A stretch of DNA of 45,875 nucleotides from Tissierellia bacterium (GCA_012519355.1 JAAYQJ010000149.1:1-45875), one strand, 5' to 3'; counted from the first letter of the stretch, positions 9,508-19,406 are shown. The notes: generated by a model from the letters alone, not told the origin. Made by a program: numbers and translations.

Positions 9508-10743
9508 CTATTCCTTTAATAATCTTATAAAATCATCTATATTGGTAAAATTCACCTTTCTCAAGATGAATTCAATTGCATCCATATGTTCTTTATCTAC
9601 TAGCTTAAAATAATGGGCTTTAAGTCTAGGAATTAAGAATTGTTTGTCTCCCCTATTTATTCTAGTCTCAATTAAATTTAAAAACTCTTTAACTAAGGGG
9701 ACTTGAATCAGAGGAATTTCCTTCCTGGCATTTATAGGTAGCTTCTCCTCACTTGCTACTTTATATAGAATTTCCTTATATTCTTCATTTAAAAGAACTA
9801 TGGCCATGTCTTCCAGTCTATATCCATTTTTATGATGCCTTCTTATTTCCTCAAATATCTTTTTAAGTTCCAAGTAAATACTCGGTGATTTGATTAATCT
9901 AATATTATCCGTTTTCCCAACCTCTTCAAACTCTTCATGGAAGAAATTATATCCTATGGTTTCGAAGGTATTCTTATCCTTTCCATTAACATATTCCAAT
10001 TGAAATCCTAACTCCATTAATTTAGATAGGGTCTCCTCTACATTAGGGATTTTAGATTTCATTTCAAAGGGAATGTTTATATAAATATCTACATTTGTTT
10101 TAGAAAGCTCCTTAATTATTTCCAACTCTACTGGCCTGAAATCATAAAATTCATCTATGATAATAAAATCTAAATCTTGAAATTTATGTAAATTATCCTT
10201 CAAAGTACCTATAGCCTTAAAATATGCCCCCTCCCTATCTATTAAGCCTAAAGATTCTAAATGCCTTTCATATTCTCCATAGATAAGGCCAATCTCTTTA
10301 AAGTATGGCCTATTAGGACATTTCAATAAATAATCATCTGGGTATATTATAGACCTTTTTATTTCCCCAATAATATAATTCAGTCCTTCTAAAAATCCTT
10401 CTCTTGAGGCAATATTTTTATAATAATTAAGTTTTCCTTCTTCCCTTAAATTTCTGATTGACTTCTTGATAATCAAATCCTTCATAGATTCATTGACGGT
10501 AAAATAGGTTTCATCCTTAATAATACTGGCAACTATATCATCAAAGGTAAATATATTTATTTCAAATACCTTCTCAGCTTCATTAATAAGTTTTTTCCTA
10601 TAGTCCTTTAATAGTCCTCCATGAGGCAGCAGATAATAAAACCTATTCCCCAAACCTTTCTTTAAGTAGTCCAGGGCCATATTAAAAAGCTTTGTTTTTT
10701 GATAGTTATTAAAAGGCCCAAAATATATAGTTCTATTAGCCAT
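9508..10743 (-). CDS. addB: AddB-type subunit, N-terminal portion (degenerate helicase-like domain)
   Basis: AddB-like N-terminus with degenerate Walker A (FGPFNNYQKT) and motif II-like IIIDEFYDF. Ends at a TAG that is in frame with the following 615-aa ORF. Confidence 0.7.
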   Translation of the reverse strand: MANRTIYFGPFNNYQKTKLFNMALDYLKKGLGNRFYYLLPHGGLLKDYRKKLINEAEKVFEINIFTFDDIVASIIKDETYFTVNESMKDLIIKKSIRNLREEGKLNYYKNIASREGFLEGLNYIIGEIKRSIIYPDDYLLKCPNRPYFKEIGLIYGEYERHLESLGLIDREGAYFKAIGTLKDNLHKFQDLDFIIIDEFYDFRPVELEIIKELSKTNVDIYINIPFEMKSKIPNVEETLSKLMELGFQLEYVNGKDKNTFETIGYNFFHEEFEEVGKTDNIRLIKSPSIYLELKKIFEEIRRHHKNGYRLEDMAIVLLNEEYKEILYKVASEEKLPINARKEIPLIQVPLVKEFLNLIETRINRGDKQFLIPRLKAHYFKLVDKEHMDAIEFILRKVNFTNIDDFIRLLKE

Positions 10744-10753
10744 GTTTTTCCCC

Positions 10754-12016
10754 CTAATTTTGAATTTTGTTAATTAACTCTAAAGTCCTATTATTTAACT
10801 CTCTTAAATCAATACTATCTATTTGAATATCATCTATTTTGTACTTATCTTTTAATACTAATATCCTATAAAGTTTTTCATCTATTTCCTCTTCAGCTAA
10901 TTCTCCCCTATTTACTGCATCTGTAATTTCTTCTATAACCTTAATTACGTTTTCCTTCCCATGGCAGATTAAAGCCAAGTCTCCCCCAGCCTTAAGAAAG
11001 GATAAAACACACTCTTCTATTGCGTAGTTCTCCATTATAGCCCCCATGGTCATATCATCGGATATAATTACTCCAGTAAATCCCAATTCTTCCCTTAATA
11101 ATTCATTGATTATCTTAGGAGACATGGTGGCAGGATAATTTTCAATTTCAGGATACAAAATATGGGCAAGCATTATGGCATCTACATGATTTTCTATAGC
11201 TTCTATAAATGGGATTAATTCAAAGGATTTTAACTCTTCCTTGCTTTTATAAACTACAGGCAAATTAATGTGGGAATCTAAGGCTGTATCCCCATGGCCT
11301 GGAAAATGTTTTACTACGGAAATTATATCTCTTTCCATTATTCCTAGCATAGCTTGTATTCCATTACTTACAACAGTTTCAATATCAGAGCCAAAAGCCC
11401 TCTTCCCTATTACTGGATTATTAGGATTTGAATTAATATCTAAAATAGGACTATAATTCATATTAAAACCTAAGGATTTTACCCGTTCCCCTAGGATTCT
11501 ACCAAGCTCATAGGAAAGTTCTATATCATTCATTTCTCCAAATACAATGGCTTCTGGTAGCCTTGGATAGGATTTAGGAAGTCTACTAACCTTCCCACCT
11601 TCTTCATCTATGGATAAAAATAAAGGTATTTGATTTGTGGAATTTGTTTTCTTGATATCATTTAATAATTCTAAGGCTTGATTTTCATCAATAATATTTC
11701 TAGAAAATAAAATAAATCCACCAACTTTGTATTCTTCAATTAAATCTATTACTTCCTCATTTAAAATAGTACCTTCAAATCCAGCAATTATCAATTGACC
11801 TATTTTTTCATCTAAGGATAAGTTTCTTATTTTCTCCTCTATTGGATCAATTTGCTCCTCTTCAGTTAAATCATTATTTGGCTCTTCCATTTCATTCTCC
11901 TTTGGATTTTTATCAATCACTTCATTATCCTTTGGTATATTGTCATTCCTATTGCATCCAATAAGTAGAATTATTAGGGAAAGGAATAGAACTAGCACTT
12001 TTCTCTTGTAAGTCAT
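10754..12016 (-). CDS. nagZ: glycoside hydrolase family 3 beta-N-acetylhexosaminidase (NagZ-like) lipoprotein
   Basis: Lipobox LLIGC after a signal peptide; GH3 motifs IDEEGG, KHFPGHG, SDDMTMGA. The ATG at 12016 has an AAGGA SD; the ORF-track start at 12061 has none. Confidence 0.85.
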   Translation of the reverse strand: MTYKRKVLVLFLSLIILLIGCNRNDNIPKDNEVIDKNPKENEMEEPNNDLTEEEQIDPIEEKIRNLSLDEKIGQLIIAGFEGTILNEEVIDLIEEYKVGGFILFSRNIIDENQALELLNDIKKTNSTNQIPLFLSIDEEGGKVSRLPKSYPRLPEAIVFGEMNDIELSYELGRILGERVKSLGFNMNYSPILDINSNPNNPVIGKRAFGSDIETVVSNGIQAMLGIMERDIISVVKHFPGHGDTALDSHINLPVVYKSKEELKSFELIPFIEAIENHVDAIMLAHILYPEIENYPATMSPKIINELLREELGFTGVIISDDMTMGAIMENYAIEECVLSFLKAGGDLALICHGKENVIKVIEEITDAVNRGELAEEEIDEKLYRILVLKDKYKIDDIQIDSIDLRELNNRTLELINKIQN

Positions 12017-12073
12017 AAAATCATCCTTTTCAAAATTTATAGTTAGTAATAGTTTCCCCATTTTTAATATAAT

Positions 12074-12097
12074 AAATGGAGAGTAAACTCTCCATTT
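12074..12097 (-). terminator. hairpin between glsA and nagZ (terminator or attenuator)
   Basis: 10-bp stem aaatggagag / ctctccattt with a 4-nt loop; overlaps the glsA stop; weak T-tract. Confidence 0.35.
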
Positions 12098-13004
12098 AAA
12101 ATATATTTAAATTTAATTCCCTAGATAAATCCTTCATTATTCCATAACCTGCTATGGAATTCCCAAACTTATCTAAGGCTGGACTAAATACACCAATACC
12201 TAGTTTACTTGGTATAAGACCAAGTATACCGCCGCCCACACCACTTTTAGATGGGATACCTACTGTAGCAGCATATTGGCCACTGAAATCATACATTCCA
12301 CAGGTGGTCATAATAGCTGTTATAATGGAAGCCATTCTCTCATTGCCTATTTTACTATCTATATTCATGGGACATCTTCTTGCTACAAATAGGCCTATTT
12401 TAGCAAGGTCTGCAGCTGTTACCTCTATGGAGCATTGTTTAAAATAAGTGTCTAAAATATCTTCTACGTCTCCATTTAACAAGCCCTTTGATTTCATTAA
12501 ATATGCCATAGCCCTATTTTTGTGTCCTGTTGATTTTTCAGATAGATATACTTCTTCATTATAGTTAATGTCTGGATTTTCCGTTATAAATCTGATTAAT
12601 TCAATTAATCTACTAAATTTTTCCTCCTTACTCCCTTTAATTAAGGAAGTGGTTACTATTGCACCTGAATTTATCATTGGATTAGCTGGTTTATTCTTAT
12701 TAAAATCCAACTTGTATAAGGTATTAAAGGGTTCGTCAGTTGGTTCATAACCAACCTTTGTAAAAAGGAAATCCTCACCATTGTCTATTAATGCTAACAT
12801 TAGTGCTATTATCTTGGATATACTTTGGATAGTAAATTTTACATTACAGTCTCCTACATTGTATATATTTCCATCTATATCAGCAATAGATAGACCTATA
12901 TAGTTTGGGTTAACTTTAGATAAGGCTGGTATATAATCTGCAACATGACCTTTATTAATTAAATCTCTATTATCATGGATAATCTTCTCTAGTATTTTTT
13001 CCAC
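12096..13004 (-). CDS. glsA: glutaminase A
   Basis: Full-length match to the glutaminase pattern (ADYIPAL, QSISK serine-lysine motif, MINSGAI, GVGGGI). Confidence 0.9.
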   Translation of the reverse strand: MEKILEKIIHDNRDLINKGHVADYIPALSKVNPNYIGLSIADIDGNIYNVGDCNVKFTIQSISKIIALMLALIDNGEDFLFTKVGYEPTDEPFNTLYKLDFNKNKPANPMINSGAIVTTSLIKGSKEEKFSRLIELIRFITENPDINYNEEVYLSEKSTGHKNRAMAYLMKSKGLLNGDVEDILDTYFKQCSIEVTAADLAKIGLFVARRCPMNIDSKIGNERMASIITAIMTTCGMYDFSGQYAATVGIPSKSGVGGGILGLIPSKLGIGVFSPALDKFGNSIAGYGIMKDLSRELNLNIF

Positions 13005-13019
13005 AGTCTCACATCCTAA

Positions 13020-14678
13020 CTAATGAATATCAAAATAGGTTTTTCCAATAAATTCCCTTAAAATTGAATTAGGTGGGATTATCTCTTCCTTTTCTATATC
13101 CCTAAAGTATTGCAAAAACTTCAATAATTTCTTAGCCTCTCCATAATGTACACTATTACTATCTATTTCCTCTAATAATGGCTTTATATGTTTTTTCAAA
13201 ACTGCCAGCTCATAGACTAAGGCAGAATCAAACATTATATCTGCTTCTTCCTGGAAGGGAAATATATATTTTTCTTCTCCCCTTCTAACCCCCGACCACA
13301 TATCTAGGGTTCTCAAGGCGTCATTTCCTCTATATTTAATATCCCTTACAATTCGGCGAATAAGCCTAGTGTCTGTAGTTGGAATTCGATTATGAGCATC
13401 AATGTTTAGTTGGGTTAATGCTGATATATAGATCTTATATTTATTTTTTTCAGGTATAAGGCTAGTCATTTTAGGGTTTAGACTATGGATGCCTTCTAGT
13501 ATAATTGGATGGTCCTTGTCTACCTTTATGACCTTTCCAGACCTTTCTCTTTTTCCAGTTATAAAGTTAAATCTAGGTAATTCAACTTCTTCACCTTCTA
13601 GTAATGCAATTAAATCTTCATTTAATTTATCTAAATCAATAGCATCAATGCTTTCGAAATCATAGCTACCATCTTCATTTAGTGGAGTTTTTTCCCTATC
13701 CACAAAATAATCATCTACTGAAATAGATACTGGCCTTTTTCCATTGACTTTGAGTTGGACTCCTAATCGCTTTGAGAAGGTAGTTTTACCAGAAGATGAA
13801 GGTCCTGCAATTAAAATAAGGTGAATATCATCGTCTTCACAAATACTATCTGCAATCTTAGCAATCTTCTTCTCATGTAAGGCTTCTGAAATCCTAATAA
13901 CTTCTCCTATCTCCCCATTCAATATCTTTTCATTTAAGGACCCTACATATGCTAAATCCAATATATCCGCCCAATCACTTGCCTCTTTGAAAACCTTTGA
14001 TAATTTCTTTAGTTCCTTAAATTGAGGCAGCTTATTGTTAGATTTCATACTTGGAAATAGTATCAATACTCCAGGATAATAGTAATTCAATTTAAATATA
14101 TCCACATACCCAGTTGATGGTGCTAAGTACCCATGGTATGTATCAATATGTTCTCCAATTGTGTAAATATGGACTAGTTCTCTGTCTAAAGTATTAAATA
14201 GTCTAATCTTGTCTATATAATTATGTCTTTTAAATAGGTCTAGAGCTTCGGCTCTAGGTACTTTTTCTCGGGTAATGGGATAGTCCTTAGCTACTATTTC
14301 CTTCATCTTTTCTTCAATCTTTTCTATGTCATTAAAGCTTACTGAATAATCGCCTTCAAATTCCACATATAACCCTTCCCCAAGAAAATGTTCAATCCGA
14401 ACCACTCTTTCGGGAAATAACTCTTTACAAGCCATTATGAATACTGCAGATATAGTTCTAGTATAAATTCTGTAGCCATCAATATCTGTAATATCCAAAA
14501 ACTTTATATACATATGGTTATCAACTTGCTTATTCAAATTATAGACTTCATTTCTTATTTTGGCTCCAAGGTATTTCCTGTAATTGTTGCCAAAGGCTTT
14601 TTTAGCCACATCCTTAAGTTGTGAATCTTTCTCAATTAAAACTTCTCCCGCACCTTCTACAAAAACTTTTATATCCAA
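13020..14678 (-). CDS. uridine/nucleoside kinase family protein with a ThrRS-like (TGS/second additional domain-like) N-terminal region
   Basis: Walker A GPSSSGKTTF and ILEGIH in the C-terminal half; N-terminal roughly 270 aa resembles the threonyl-tRNA synthetase N-terminus. Confidence 0.7.
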   Translation of the reverse strand: MDIKVFVEGAGEVLIEKDSQLKDVAKKAFGNNYRKYLGAKIRNEVYNLNKQVDNHMYIKFLDITDIDGYRIYTRTISAVFIMACKELFPERVVRIEHFLGEGLYVEFEGDYSVSFNDIEKIEEKMKEIVAKDYPITREKVPRAEALDLFKRHNYIDKIRLFNTLDRELVHIYTIGEHIDTYHGYLAPSTGYVDIFKLNYYYPGVLILFPSMKSNNKLPQFKELKKLSKVFKEASDWADILDLAYVGSLNEKILNGEIGEVIRISEALHEKKIAKIADSICEDDDIHLILIAGPSSSGKTTFSKRLGVQLKVNGKRPVSISVDDYFVDREKTPLNEDGSYDFESIDAIDLDKLNEDLIALLEGEEVELPRFNFITGKRERSGKVIKVDKDHPIILEGIHSLNPKMTSLIPEKNKYKIYISALTQLNIDAHNRIPTTDTRLIRRIVRDIKYRGNDALRTLDMWSGVRRGEEKYIFPFQEEADIMFDSALVYELAVLKKHIKPLLEEIDSNSVHYGEAKKLLKFLQYFRDIEKEEIIPPNSILREFIGKTYFDIH

Positions 14679-14695
14679 TGCTTATCACCTCTCCA

Positions 14696-15670
14696 TTATT
14701 CAAATAGATCTCTCTCAATTTCTCCACTTATTCCTTCCATATCACTGGTAAATACTTTTCCATTTAAGTATTTAAGTCCAGCTCCAAGTCCATTAAATTC
14801 AATTTTATATGCATGGAGCCATTGGTTGTTCAGCCCATATTTCTCCCGAAAGATTTTATTAGTCCCTTCATTACCATATTTCCTATCTCCTATTATTGGG
14901 TAGCCTAAAGAAGATAGGTGAGCCCTTATTTGATGAGTTCTACCAGTGATTAAATTGACTTCTAGTAATGTATACCCATTTTTTGATATAATAGGTTTGA
15001 AATTTGTAGTAATTTTTTTGGAACCTTCAAAATCCCCCCCTTTAACCTTCACCTTATTTTTATCCTCGTCTTTTAATAAGTAGGCCTCTGCTTTGAATTC
15101 CTTATTTATCCTTCCCTTTACTATGGTTTTATATATTCTAGCTATTTCCCCTTTTCTTATGGCTTCGTTGATAGCCTTCAATGCTTCATAGTTTTTAGCT
15201 CCAATTATTATCCCTGAAGTATTCCTATCAAGTCTATTACATATGGATGGAGTAAAGGTCCTTTCAATTCTAGGAATATATTCTCCTTTTTCAATTAAAT
15301 AATTTATCATGCTATCTACTATGTTTTCTTCAAACTTTTCACCTGTACTGTGGGATAATACTCCTACCGGTTTATTAATAAGAATAATATTCTCGTCCTG
15401 ATAGATTATTTTTGGAATTAAACTAGATTTAATCTCTTTTTCTTCCATAAACTTTTCTATAGTTTCATCAGATAGGAATAATTGTATCTTGTCGCCTTCG
15501 TAAATGGTAGTTTCTGGATTTGCCCTCTTTCCATTCACCTTTATGTTTTTCTTTCTTATCATTTTATAAATAAAGCTTTGTGGCGCTTTAGATAAATATT
15601 TTTTTAAAAACCTATCAAGTCTTTGGTCACTTTCATTTTTATTGATTAATATTTCTTTCAATCTCTTCAC
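14696..15670 (-). CDS. RluA-family 23S rRNA pseudouridine synthase with an S4 domain
   Basis: N-terminal S4 RNA-binding region (RLDRFL), catalytic NRLDRNTSG, HQIRAH motif. Confidence 0.85.
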   Translation of the reverse strand: MKRLKEILINKNESDQRLDRFLKKYLSKAPQSFIYKMIRKKNIKVNGKRANPETTIYEGDKIQLFLSDETIEKFMEEKEIKSSLIPKIIYQDENIILINKPVGVLSHSTGEKFEENIVDSMINYLIEKGEYIPRIERTFTPSICNRLDRNTSGIIIGAKNYEALKAINEAIRKGEIARIYKTIVKGRINKEFKAEAYLLKDEDKNKVKVKGGDFEGSKKITTNFKPIISKNGYTLLEVNLITGRTHQIRAHLSSLGYPIIGDRKYGNEGTNKIFREKYGLNNQWLHAYKIEFNGLGAGLKYLNGKVFTSDMEGISGEIERDLFE

Positions 15671-15753
15671 ACCTTTTCAAAAGTTTATGCTATAATTATA
15701 TTATATACAATTAATTCATTAAAACCTATTTTTCTTTATAAAGAGGTGGAAAT

Positions 15754-16275
15754 ATGCGAAAAATTATAGAATGGGTAAAAGACCTTTTATACGATTCAAT
15801 TGATTACATAATTATGATCGGGATTATAGGAGCAGTTGCACTAATAATAGGTTGGAGATTAGACCTTCTATTTGCTAAGGAAGCTGCTGAACTACCACCT
15901 AATAATGATATTGTAGTAGAAAATCCAAGAAATGATAATAGGGATAATAATATCCTACCCGAAGAAGATGATAACCAAGATGTCTCAAATCCTGATGATG
16001 ATATAGATGTTGGTATAGAAGAAGATAACCCAATAATAGATGAAGATGTAGTTGACAATCAGCCAGAAGTTGTAGAAATTACAGTGGTTATACCTGCTGG
16101 CTCACTACCATCAAAAATAGCCAGTATATTAGAAGACCATAACTTAATATCTAGTAGGGCTGAGTTTGTGCAAAAAACTCAGGAGATGAAACTTGATACA
16201 AAGTTAAAATCTGGAACCTTCAAGATTAGAACTAATAGCTCCCTTGAGGAAATAATTAAAATAATAGCAAAATAA
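15754..16275 (+). CDS. membrane-anchored protein with an acidic low-complexity linker and a YceG/MltG N-domain-like C-terminus
   Basis: GAGGTGG SD; single TM helix; Asp/Asn/Glu-rich stretch; C-terminal LPSKIASIL...KSGTFKI pattern. Confidence 0.55.
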   Translation: MRKIIEWVKDLLYDSIDYIIMIGIIGAVALIIGWRLDLLFAKEAAELPPNNDIVVENPRNDNRDNNILPEEDDNQDVSNPDDDIDVGIEEDNPIIDEDVVDNQPEVVEITVVIPAGSLPSKIASILEDHNLISSRAEFVQKTQEMKLDTKLKSGTFKIRTNSSLEEIIKIIAK

Positions 16276-16299
16276 GAGTCTTCCACATGGAAGACTCTT
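16274..16299. terminator. bidirectional hairpin between convergent genes
   Basis: 11-bp stem aagagtcttcc / ggaagactctt with a 4-nt loop. Confidence 0.55.
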
Positions 16300-16852
16300 A
16301 ATATGTTTCATTGATATAATCATCTATAAGGGACTTTTTCTTTTCTTCTCTAAATATACCTTTTTCCTTAAGTATATTTAATAACCATAGGGATTTAGAA
16401 TGAAATATGGCCTCTTTATAATCAAGTAATACTATTTCATAAAGCTTATTATTTAGGCTTTTCGAGTTAACATCTACATAATAAGCTTCTACTCTTTCAA
16501 AATTTAAGTACTCAAGCAAATCTAGAACTGCCTTATCCTTTTCATGGTAATAATTATTACCCTTGTTTAAGTAATATTTATAATATCTTTGACGTTTTTT
16601 TGTACATCTAATATCCTTAGCCATCATAGTAAAATACTTGGCTAATACATTATAATATTGGTAATTATACATCCCCATTTCGTAATTATCGATTCTCAAA
16701 AAAGGCTTTAAATTCATTTTCATTACTAGATTATAATTGGATTCAAGGAATTCTCTTTTTGTTATGCTGCCATTCTCAAACTCTACTATTAAGGAAGATC
16801 TTTTATCAAAGAAACCTTTAAATTGTCCCCTTCCTGTTTTATAAGACTCCAA
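16298..16852 (-). CDS. hypothetical protein (Tyr/Lys-rich, 184 aa)
   Basis: Long ORF with normal codon pattern; no motif recognised. Confidence 0.5.
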   Translation of the reverse strand: MESYKTGRGQFKGFFDKRSSLIVEFENGSITKREFLESNYNLVMKMNLKPFLRIDNYEMGMYNYQYYNVLAKYFTMMAKDIRCTKKRQRYYKYYLNKGNNYYHEKDKAVLDLLEYLNFERVEAYYVDVNSKSLNNKLYEIVLLDYKEAIFHSKSLWLLNILKEKGIFREEKKKSLIDDYINETY

Positions 16853-16899
16853 AAATATACACCCAATCTAATATTATTTTAGTACATTATATCACAAAC

Positions 16900-17622
16900 C
16901 TATATGTTTTTTAAGAGGGAAATTTCTTCTTCAGTCAATTCCCTAACTTGACCTAAAGCCAAATCATTATCTAAAACCAAACTTCCCATGGAAATTCTTT
17001 TTAGATATAATACTTTCATTCCAATGGACTGAAACATTCTCTTAACTTGATGAAATTTTCCTTCCTGGATAGTTAAATATACTTTTGACACTACACCTGA
17101 ACTAATAATTTTCAATTGGGAAGGTAAAGTCTTGTACCCATCATCTAATGTAATGCCTTTTTTGAATAATTCGATATGGTCTTCCTCTACATATCCATCT
17201 ACTTCAGCATAATATTTTTTGTTGACCCTCTTCTTAGGAGACAAAAGCTCATGGGCAAGTTTACCATCATTGCTAATTAAGAGTAAACCCTCCGTATCCT
17301 TATCTAACCTTCCCACAGGAAAAGGCTTGTAAACCAAGTATTTATCATCCAGCATATCTATTACGGTGTTAGAATTAGGATCATCTGTGGATGATACTAC
17401 ACCTTTAGGCTTATTCATCATTAAATAAATATACTTTCTATAGTTTATTTTATCATTATCTAATAAAATATGGTCATCATAAGGATTGACTTTAAAATCA
17501 CTATTAAAAACTATATTATCATTAACCTTAACTCTTCCATCTTTTATTAACCTTTTTACATCTTTTCTACTCCCATATCCCATATTGGCAAGTATCTTAT
17601 CTAATCGTTCTTTTTTGCTCAT
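16900..17622 (-). CDS. RsuA/RluB-family pseudouridine synthase with an S4 domain
   Basis: S4 domain (RLDKILANMGYGSRKD), catalytic GRLDKDTEGLLL, HQVKRMF. Confidence 0.85.
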   Translation of the reverse strand: MSKKERLDKILANMGYGSRKDVKRLIKDGRVKVNDNIVFNSDFKVNPYDDHILLDNDKINYRKYIYLMMNKPKGVVSSTDDPNSNTVIDMLDDKYLVYKPFPVGRLDKDTEGLLLISNDGKLAHELLSPKKRVNKKYYAEVDGYVEEDHIELFKKGITLDDGYKTLPSQLKIISSGVVSKVYLTIQEGKFHQVKRMFQSIGMKVLYLKRISMGSLVLDNDLALGQVRELTEEEISLLKNI

Positions 17623-17741
17623 TTAATCACCTATTAATTACTAATATTTTCATATTCCAAATTTTTGTCCATTTCTTTCGAATAATTCTATTCTATTTTG
17701 TAAAACTATTATTGTAAATATTTTTTAGAAAGGAGATAATT

Positions 17742-17909
17742 ATGACTCACGAAAAAATAACTGAAGGCGTCAAATGTGTAGTAAATACTTGTTCTTATTA
17801 CAAAGAAGGAGATTATTGTAGTGCTGGAAAAATCGAAATAAGACCAAGAAATGCTAAATCTTCTGACGAAACAGACTGTGCTACCTTTGAACCAAATAGT
17901 TTAAGATAA
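17742..17909 (+). CDS. DUF1540-like small Cys-rich protein (55 aa, not in the ORF track)
   Basis: AGGAG SD 6 nt upstream. Translation: MTHEKITEGVKCVVNTCSYYKEGDYCSAGKIEIRPRNAKSSDETDCATFEPNSLR. A terminator follows. Confidence 0.7.
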   Translation: MTHEKITEGVKCVVNTCSYYKEGDYCSAGKIEIRPRNAKSSDETDCATFEPNSLR

Positions 17910-17915
17910 TTTTGA

Positions 17916-17938
17916 AAAGGCAGGTTAAACCTGCCTTT
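17916..17938. terminator. bidirectional rho-independent terminator
   Basis: 9-bp GC-containing stem aaaggcagg / cctgccttt with a 5-nt loop, between convergent genes. Confidence 0.7.
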
Positions 17939-17940
17939 CC

Positions 17941-18375
17941 CTATACTGCATATCCAGCTTCAATCTCTAAACAATAGTCTTTCAAATTTTCAGGTATATC
18001 ATCCATAGTATAATCTACGTTAATGTAAAAATCAGTTTCAAATTTTTCACTAATCTCTGTTAAAGCCTTAAGTAATTTTTCTAAATTATCAATGCTTAAG
18101 TCTATTACCTTATATATACTATCAACATATATTTTCTCCAAATCATAGTCCATTCCAATAATTCCACACAAAAAGCCATAGAACGATTCAATATTCAGTA
18201 TATTGAACTCCATGGCATTAATTAATCTAACACTATGACTCAAAGTAAAAATATGATTATGGTCTACGTCAATAAAAGCGATATTACCGTTTCCTTCCAT
18301 CATATCTTTGTTGGCATTATCAATTAGCCATTTAGTTTTACCAGAACCCTTCTCGCCTAAAATAAACTTAACCAT
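17941..18375 (-). CDS. minimal P-loop NTPase, function unknown
   Basis: Walker A GEKGSGKT at residues 7-14; Walker B-like IAFIDVD; only 144 aa. Confidence 0.6.
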   Translation of the reverse strand: MVKFILGEKGSGKTKWLIDNANKDMMEGNGNIAFIDVDHNHIFTLSHSVRLINAMEFNILNIESFYGFLCGIIGMDYDLEKIYVDSIYKVIDLSIDNLEKLLKALTEISEKFETDFYINVDYTMDDIPENLKDYCLEIEAGYAV

Positions 18376-18452
18376 GGATAACCACCTCTACCTTTCTTAT
18401 TATTTTTATATATATCGACAAAATAATTAAATTATTTTGCCTTTTACAAGGT

Positions 18453-19406
18453 TTATTTAAATTTTTTTAAGGCCTTTCCGTTTAAGTAATTAAACTTAAT
18501 TCCTTGCCTAGTGTTTCTTTCTTCCATTAGAGATACTATTTCATCCCTAATTTTCCACCAAGATTCATTCCAGTTCACAAATAACAGGTTTTCCTCAGGA
18601 GCCCTTCCTATTATCCTTTGGATAATAATATTGGGATCTAGGTATTCTAGAAATCTAATTACCCTCTCCATATATTCTTCCTTGGAAATTAAAGAAATTT
18701 CTCCCCTTTTATACATGTCTCCTAATACAGTTCCCTCAACTATGTATAAGGCATGGAGTTTAATTTCTTCAACTCCTAGGGCAGAGACAATTTTTGCGTT
18801 TTCTATTACATCAACATCATCATCCCAGGGTAGGTTTAAGATCAAATGGGTACAATTTCTTATACCGTATTTTTTCAATTTAATAGCCGTATCTATATAT
18901 TCTCCTAGGCTGTGTCCCCTATTAATCTTCATCAAAGAATGATAATTAACCGATTGCAGTCCTAATTCTATAGTAACATGCAGCTTATGTTTTTCCTTAA
19001 TATAGGATAGGTATTCTAAATGCTCATCATTTATGCAATCAGGTCTAGTTGATATTGAGATACCTACAATATCTTCTCCTATAGTATCCTCTATGGTGGA
19101 TTTAAAATCTTTAATGGGTAAATAAGTATTTGTGAAATTTTGAAAATAAGCTATAAACTTTTTTGCTTTATACTTATCCCCAATATACTCTTTATTTATC
19201 CTTAGCTGTTCTTTTATGGATAGGGAAGATGATAAGTTTTCAAAAGACCCTCCTTCCTCACCACAAAATATACAGCCACCATAAGCTAAGGTTCCATCCC
19301 TATTTGGGCATGTAAGGGGTAAGCTTATTGGCAATTTATAAACTTTCTCCTTAAATTCTTTCATTAAATAATTGGAATAGGTATTATATACTGTTATTTT
19401 ATTCAA
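18453..19406 (-). CDS. TIGR01212-family radical SAM protein (YhcC-like)
   Basis: CPNRDGTLAYGGCIFC cluster motif and family-typical length. Confidence 0.85.
   Translation of the reverse strand: MNKITVYNTYSNYLMKEFKEKVYKLPISLPLTCPNRDGTLAYGGCIFCGEEGGSFENLSSSLSIKEQLRINKEYIGDKYKAKKFIAYFQNFTNTYLPIKDFKSTIEDTIGEDIVGISISTRPDCINDEHLEYLSYIKEKHKLHVTIELGLQSVNYHSLMKINRGHSLGEYIDTAIKLKKYGIRNCTHLILNLPWDDDVDVIENAKIVSALGVEEIKLHALYIVEGTVLGDMYKRGEISLISKEEYMERVIRFLEYLDPNIIIQRIIGRAPEENLLFVNWNESWWKIRDEIVSLMEERNTRQGIKFNYLNGKALKKFK

Noticed and set aside
9508-9510. The in-frame TAG in addB as a recoded codon (pyrrolysine or suppressed stop).
   Set aside because: TAG is used as an ordinary terminator by neighbouring genes (addA at 4301-4303, the 67-aa ORF, nqrF). 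No pyl genes or recoding elements are visible. A nonsense mutation or sequencing error is the simpler explanation.
12017-12061. The upstream ATG (12061) as the nagZ start.
   Set aside because: It has no SD and would bury the lipoprotein signal peptide. The ATG at 12016 has an AAGGA SD and gives a canonical signal peptide plus lipobox.
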